Positions 36,091 through 42,230 of a stretch of 42,230 bases of DNA are shown one piece after another. Each line of letters starts with the position of its first letter. Positions within the stretch are counted from its first letter, which is position 1. The position numbers and the translations under genes are program-made. The stretch comes from Chiloscyllium plagiosum (lineage: Eukaryota). The notes under the pieces are model-generated. The model worked only from the letters and a program-made list of their open reading frames with translations. It was not told the origin of the DNA and did not search any database. The stretch spans positions 82,940,474 through 82,982,703 of the forward strand of contig NC_057719.1 in assembly GCF_004010195.1 (NCBI RefSeq). The letters are read 5' to 3'.

Positions 36091-36792
36091 TTTCTTAACG
36101 GTATTTTAAAACCGCACTTGATGGAATCCTGAAGTCATGAATCAGCGAAGATTAATGGCACAGAGAGAGGTCACTTGGCCCTCTGTCACTGGTACCCAGT
36201 GATACCCAGCCTGATCCCGGTTGGTCTGTTATTTCCTGGGATTATGGGACTTCAGGTGCAGATCTGAAAACCTTTTCAAATGAGCTGAGGGTTTCTGTCT
36301 CTACTCCCCTTTCTCTCAACGCAGGTCCTAAAGCTGCCCTCAAAAGGCGAAATTTTGCTAGTCTTTTAATCCAAGTGGCCTTGGTCGGGTGTGATCTCAA
36401 ACATTGCCCAGGGCATTTTGACCTCGGCAGGAAGTGGACCAGGTTTGATCCTGGCACCAACCTTTGCCTGCTATCTGCTGGTTGGCACTTACCACCTGAG
36501 TGGCCATGATCCTCAACTGGTCAGGGGGCATGAAGTTCAATTGCTGGCATGACCCTGACCGTGAGTTCAGGCCACTTGGTCCGGATTTCTGATTGAACTC
36601 TGCCCGGCCTGTGTGGCTCTGTTTCGCAGAGTCAGAATCCCGACAGAAAGGAGAAAAGCACACACAAAAAAATCAGATCTTGCGTTGTCTCTTTGAATTA
36701 AGTCGATGATGTTACTTCGGTAGTTGAACCAAAAAAAAGCTTATTTGCCGTCAGGTTCACGACGCCAAATCTCTGCTTCTCTCTTTCATCAG

Positions 36793-36893
36793 GTTGGTGG
36801 ATGTGCAGCAGACAGACATGGGCTGGTATTGGTGTGTGGCGACTGTGAACGGTGTTCATACCAACTCCAAGAAGGCATTTCTGGCTGTGGAAG
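36793..36893 (+). CDS. AXL: AXL-like exon 3, C-terminal part of Ig1 (LVDVQQTDMGWYWCVATVNGVHTNSKKAFLAVEG)
   Basis: TTTCATCAG acceptor and G|GTGAGG donor; 101 nt, phase 2-1. Contains the Ig DxGxYxC motif and the VEG linker typical of TAM receptors. Too short for the ORF track. Confidence 0.92.
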
Positions 36894-37074
36894 GTGAGGA
36901 AGGAAATACAAATGTTGTCCTGGGCAAGGGAGAGGCAGTCAGCGTGTGTCGGGCTTTGTCAAAGCGGATTTGAGATTGGGAGATAGGGACGGTGCCGAGT
37001 GGTGTCAGAGTGCTGGCTTCATGCATATTGGCCAGATTACAGCTCGGATAATCATACAAGGCTTAAAAAAAAAA

Positions 37075-37530
37075 CGTAGAAACAACGAAGATCGCAGTAG
37101 GAGGAGGCCACTCGGCCCTTCAAGCCTGCTCAGCCATGCGTCATGATTGTCCAACCCAATAGCCTAATCCTGCTTTCTCCCTATGACCTTTGATCCCGTT
37201 TGCCCCAAGTGCTACATCTCATTGCCTCTTGAAGACATCCAATGTTTTGGCATCAACTGCTTCCTGTGGCAATGAATTTCACAGGATGCCCACTCTTTGG
37301 ATGAAGGAATGTCTCTTCATCTCTGTCCTCAATGGTCAACCCCAAATCCTCAGACTGTGACCCCTGGTTCTGGATGCACCCACCATCGGGAACATCCTCC
37401 ATGCACCCACCCTGTCTAGTCCTGTTAGAGGTTTATAAGTCTCGATGAGATTTCCCCCCCCACCCCAACCTCATTCATCTGAACTTCAGCGAAAACAATC
37501 CTAACCTCATCAATCTCTCCTCATACATCA
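37075..37530 (-). mobile_element. CR1 LINE 3' end
   Basis: GGAGGCCACTCGGCCCTTCAAGCCTGCT 3' UTR and TGTGGCAATGAATTTCACAG (reverse LxNSLPQ). Confidence 0.8.
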
Positions 37531-37931
37531 GTGGACAATGTTGTAGGGCTCCCATCTGGGATAATGGTGCTGGGTTCAGGAAACTGGAAATTGCAGGGTT
37601 TTTTATCGAAAGTAATTGTCGGGAGCGAGTGGTATATGATACTCACATTTTATTGTTTACAGGGAGAGATCAGTGTGTAGCATTTAGACAAATGGTCATT
37701 GTATATATCTGAGGTGGTGGACATTACAAGATCAGTATTAAACATTAGTATGGGTGCATACTAACAATAGTGATTTGGAATAATGATTCTATCTGTTTGA
37801 AAGTTGGGTGGTAAATTCAGGACAGGTACCTGCAGACAGTAGAGTATCAGTATTATTTCTTGGGAGAGCTCCTATATTTAGGTCTTAAGTACTTAATCTG
37901 TGACAAGTTTTCTTTTTTTCTCTCCCATTAG

Positions 37932-38105
37932 GTCTTCCATACATTACAGTGCAGCCACAGGACACCATCGTGTTTAAAAATACACCCTTCAACTTGACAT
38001 GTGCTGCTATTGGAAGGCCAGAGCCGACCGAGATTGTGTGGATGATGGGAGAGGTGGTAGTTGAAGGAACAAGAAAAGAATCCCCTTCAGTGCTGACCCT
38101 GAAAG
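37932..38105 (+). CDS. AXL: AXL-like exon 4, Ig2 (LPYITVQPQDTIVFKNTPFNLTCAAIGRPEPTEIVWMMGEVVVEGTRKESPSVLTLKG)
   Basis: Long polypyrimidine tract and TAG acceptor; G|GTACGT donor; 174 nt, phase 1-1. GLPY, NTPFNLxC, PEP and SPSVL are TAM Ig2 motifs. Confidence 0.93.
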
Positions 38106-38266
38106 GTACGTCTTGTGAGTATCATCTACATTATAGTCATCTAATGTTAGTTGTTTGTTATATTGTTAGTGATTCCAAGCTCTCCGAACGCTAGGGCCAC
38201 TGTCTCACTGGGAGTTTGTCTCTGTATCAATAGTGAACTGTCTCACTGGGAGTTTGTCTCTGTATC

Positions 38267-39085
38267 ATAGAACATAGAACATAGAACAATACAGCACAGA
38301 ACAGGCCCTTCGGCCCACGATGTTGTGCCGAACATTTGTCCTAGCTTAAGCACCCATCCATGTACCTATCCAATTGCCGCTTAAAGGTCACCAAAAATTC
38401 TGACTCTACCACTCCCACAGGCAGCACATTCCATGCCCCCACCACTCTCTGGGTAAAGAACCCACCCCTGACATCTCCCCTATACCTTCCACCCTTCACC
38501 TTAAATTTATGTCCCCTTGTAAAACTCTGTTGCACCCGGGGAAAACGTTTCTGACTGTCTACTCTATCTATTCCTCTGATCATCTTATAAACCTCGATCA
38601 AGTCACCCCTCATCCTTCGCCGTTCCAACGAGAAAAGGCCGAGAACTCTCAACCTAGCCTCGTACGACTTCCTCTCCATTCCAGGAAACATCCTGGNNNN
38701 NNNNNNNNNNNNCCTTCTTACGAGCTCTATCCACCTGAGTGGCAACTTTCAAAGACCTATGAACATTGACCCCAAGATCCCTCTGTTCCTCCACCACACT
38801 AAGAACCCTATCGTTAACCCTGTATTCCGCATTCTTATTTGTCTTTCCAAAATGGACAACCTCACACTTGGCAGGGTTGAACTCCATCTGCCACTCCTCA
38901 GCTCAGCTCTGCATCATATCTAAGTCCCTTTGCAGCCAACAAGAGCCCTCCTCACTATCCACAACTCCGCCAATCTTCGTATCATCTGCAAATTTACTGA
39001 CCCACCCTTCGACTCCCTCATCCAAGTCATTAATAAAAATTACGAACAGCAGAGGACCCAGAACTGATCACTGCGGAACTCCACG
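38267..39085 (-). mobile_element. Young 5'-truncated CR1 with TSD TGTATC; contains an assembly gap
   Basis: (ATAGAAC)3 tail, near-intact RT C-terminus, TGTATC at 38261-38266 and 39086-39091, and Ns at 38697-38712. Confidence 0.93.
38697..38712. other. Assembly gap (16 N)
   Basis: Run of N inside the CR1. Confidence 1.
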
Positions 39086-40444
39086 TGTATCGATAGTGAA
39101 CTGTCACACTGGGAGTTTGTCTCTGTATCGATAGTGAACTGTCTCACTGGGAGTTTGTCTCTGTATCGATAGTGAACTGTCTCACTGGGAGTTTGTCTCT
39201 GTATCGATAGTGAACTGTCTCACTGGGAGTTTGTCTCTGTATCGATAGTGAACTGTCTCACTGGGAATTTGTCTCTGTATCGATAGTGAACTGTCTCACT
39301 GGGAGTTTGTCTCTGTAACAATAGTGAACTGTCTCACTGGGAGGTTGTCTCTGTATTGATAGTGAACTGTCTCACTGGGAGTTTGTCTATGTATCGATAG
39401 TGAACTGTGTCAGTATTGATCACACTAACTGTCACTGTTGACATTAGCCTGAGAAGGTCACCTGAGACAGTTCACGATCGATATTTTACTTACTCACAGT
39501 GAGTTGAGTACAGTCCCAGTGTATCAACGTCTCTAACTGTTAGTGGATCCCAGCATTGGCCTCTGACGCTCTCGGTGTTGTTGGGCTCTTTGGATGAAAT
39601 TTGATGATTGCATTGGAATCATCTCTCAGATCCCTCGAATGGCGGTTGATGACAGCATTGCTGCAGTGCCCTTTGCTCTCTGAATGGGATTTATGGCTGT
39701 CAGTGGGCATCCTTCAATCAATACCTTCCTTCCGATAAGATTGTCCTGGGCGGGGATTAGATTCCACCCGTGTCGCCCAAATGAATAAGCAATTGTGTGT
39801 TCGGAGCTGTTGGCATTTTGCTGTGCTTTCTGGCAGTAAGACGTTTGGCACTGGAGGGCTGTGTTCACACAGGGTACCATCCCAGCTAGGTTGTAGGGAG
39901 GGGTGTGTTCCTTTGTGGCCGAGAATGTGGGTTTTGTGGCGACGAGGCTGTTAAGAAATGCCAATGCTGCCCGCCTGATGTGGCACCAGTTGTATTTTCC
40001 AATCAATTCCCTTTCCTGAAGCCAACAGGAGTTCTCGTCCTCCCACTTGCCCCATTGAGAGCCGATTAGATTAACATGCTCTGAGAGTGCTCCAGCTTGA
40101 AGCCAGCAGGTTACAGCTTGCGTTGCTGCTCGTTTGTGAACTGCTTGGTGAATATATTTGCTGATCTACATTTTTTTTTGATGCAAAGCAGCTGTCAGCA
40201 GCTTCCTCCCCCGCCTGGCCACCACCCTGTCCCCCTGCCAGCCACATTCCTTCTGACGGAGCTGCGCAAGCTCAATGCGTTTGGAGGAAGGTTTCTTGTA
40301 ACTGCTGGCCCCGGGGCTTATTGCCAGAACACCACGGTTTGCAGCATCCGCACGTGCCTGGAGACCCGAACATGCTGTGCAAGGCTCAGAGACAGAATTC
40401 AGCGTGAACAAACACACACGCAATTTAATTCCATGCAAACGATT

Positions 40445-40590
40445 CATATAACAGGGTACGCACACAGACTGGAATCTATTTGAGGGGTTTGGATGGTTTC
40501 TGTATAGAATAATGGATACCAGAGAGTGAGCTGCAGACTAGAATCTAACCGAGGGGTTCAGATGGTTTCTATATCGAATAATGGATCCAC
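40445..40590. repeat. About 68-bp shark dispersed minisatellite, about 2 units
   Basis: CAGACTGGAATCTATTTGAGGGGTTTGGATGGTTTCT repeated. Confidence 0.75.
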
Positions 40591-40824
40591 TCGCTCTCCA
40601 TGTTGAGAGACCACTCTTTGAAACAGAACTTGTTGACTGTGGCCTGCAGTGGCCCGTATTATGCCTGCCTGTGAGTGTGGGTTATCCAGCCTGGGGCTTC
40701 CATTTGCCCAGAGGCTGTCGATTCCCTGCTGAACTTGCCAGTGTAAGAGCTACCGATAGAAACAGCCCATCCAGAAGTCACATCAGGAAAGAATTCCTCG
40801 TGTAGAGGGTGGTAGAAATCTGAG

Positions 40825-41325
40825 AGTCATAGAGATGTGCAGCATGGAGACAGACCCTTTGGTCCAACCCGTCCATGCCGACCAGATATCCCAACCCAAT
40901 CTAGTCTCACCTGCCAGTACCCGGCCCATATCCCTCCAAACCCTTCCTATTCATATACCCATCCAAATGCCTCTTAAATGTTGTAATTGTACTAGCCTCC
41001 ACCACTTCCTCTGGCAGCTCATTCCATACATGTCCCATACTGTGTGAAAAAGTTGCCCCTTAGGTCCCTTTTAAATTTTTCCCCCTCTCACCCTCAACTT
41101 ATGCCCTCTAGTTCTGGACTCCCCCACCTCAGAGAAAAGACTTTGCCTATTTACCCTATCCATGCCCCTCATAATTTTATAAACCTCTATAAGGTCACCC
41201 CTCAGCCTCCGACGCTCCAGGGAAAACAGCTCCAGCCTGTTCAGCCTCTGTCTATAGCTCAGATCCTCCAACCCTGGCAACATCCTTGTAAATCTTTTCT
41301 GAACTCTTTCAAGTTTCACAACATC
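40825..41325 (-). mobile_element. CR1 3' end inserted into an older + strand CR1 3' fragment (about 40770-41490)
   Basis: ORF 41071-41352 (LERVQKRFTRMLPGL). The host reads GAGGGTGGTAGAAATCTG on the left and resumes TCACTTCCCACAAAAGC on the right. Confidence 0.85.
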
Positions 41326-41721
41326 TCTCTGAGTCACTTCCCACAAAAGCAATATGGCTGCCGGGGACTTAACTGGAGACGCAAAGACTGAGGTGAATGG
41401 GTTTTGGTATTGTTGAGGTATCGAAGGAGGCAGTTGAGGTCACATGGTCAGACGACAGGCAGAGCAGCTGGCGTAGACTTCTCCTGTTCCTCTCATGCTG
41501 ACCATATTGGCCTACCTCAGCCTCAGCCTTAGCTGGAACTGGCCACTTCCCAGACTTTCCTGATTTACCGTGGTATCTCAGTCTGTCCCTGATACAAAAC
41601 CAACCCACGGCCAGCTTCTCCCTCCCTTTGTCTCTTCGGTTGTGGACGTGTGATGGGATTGGGCGAAGGTCTTTTAATCGTTGAGTGTAATGCCCTGTCT
41701 GTGTGCCCTCTCTGCCCGCAG

Positions 41722-41808
41722 GAATTGAAACACCGACCACCTTCACTTGTGAAGCACGCAACTCGAAGGGTGTAGCTGTTTCCAGGACGGCTAGCGTCAA
41801 AGTCAAAG
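41722..41808 (+). CDS. AXL: AXL-like exon 5, end of Ig2 (IETPTTFTCEARNSKGVAVSRTASVKVK)
   Basis: CCCGCAG acceptor and G|GTCAGT donor; 87 nt, phase 1-1. FxCEAxNxKGVxxSRTA is the TAM Ig2 signature. Confidence 0.93.
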
Positions 41809-41959
41809 GTCAGTTCACAATGGCACCGCCTGCAATTCCTGCCTGTCAAACTCTTTATCCATCCTCTGCTCCTTATTCCAGTGCTCTCCTGAACCAACCT
41901 TCGTACAACTGAGCTCATCAAATAACCTTGTTACCTCCCAACTCCACACTGGCAGCAAG

Positions 41960-42200
41960 TGCTGTGTTTACCTGTCAGCCTGTACTCCCAGGGTTACATT
42001 GGCTCCCACTCTGAGAATGCCTGAATTTTAAATTGTGAACTCCCTGCCCTTCCCTATCTGTGTAATCTCTCCAACCGTCCAATGCTCTCCTCGTGCAACC
42101 CCCTCCCCAACTTTAATGGGTCTCACCATTCCAGGCTGTGGCCTTCCCGCCTCAGTTCTGGAACTGACTCCATTCAACACATTGTTCCTTTAAGGTGTTC
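41960..42200 (+). mobile_element. Old L2 LINE fragment
   Basis: TTACATTGGCTCCCA...TTTAAATT (LHWLP...FK motif of the L2 ORF2 C-terminus). Confidence 0.5.
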
Positions 42201-42230
42201 CTCTTTTTCTCTCCCCTCCCCCCACCCCTC

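Larger units (their letters stand above)
38198..39410. repeat. 38-bp VNTR (GTATCGATAGTGAACTGTCTCACTGGGAGTTTGTCTCT)n split by CR1
   Basis: About 2 units at 38198-38266 and about 8.5 units starting at 39087, 39125, 39163 and onward to 39391. Confidence 0.95.

Noticed and set aside
39087..39410. CRISPR-like regular 38-bp repeats
   Set aside because: Head-to-tail units with no unique spacers, no cas genes, and located in a vertebrate intron.
39626..40006. 126-aa minus-strand ORF
   Set aside because: No confident family match; weak WNLIP similarity suggests a decayed LINE C-terminus rather than a gene.

Overview
This is eukaryotic DNA from a shark or ray, judged by HE1-type V-SINEs, a DeuSINE, abundant CR1 LINEs and Penelope remnants. 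It holds the 5' part of a TAM-family receptor tyrosine kinase gene, most similar to AXL, on the + strand. Five coding exons are visible (13235-13289, 34028-34214, 36793-36893, 37932-38105, 41722-41808). They have GT-AG introns with matching phases and encode a signal peptide plus two Ig domains; the gene continues beyond the window. The rest is decayed and nested retroelements (CR1, Rex1/Babar, L2, Penelope, SINEs, solo LTRs) and several minisatellites. I see no convincing new protein-coding system. The main points of interest are: (1) an intron-1 minisatellite built from nuclear-receptor half-sites, with perfect DR1 and IR1 elements; (2) two stop/start-coupled uORFs with better Kozak context than the main ATG; (3) an inverted templated copy of a CR1 end plus unique flank that brackets the promoter and exon 1; (4) further local inverted and tandem duplications; (5) multi-layer TE nesting, including a young CR1 inserted into a 38-bp VNTR. 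All family assignments are from recalled motifs, not database searches.
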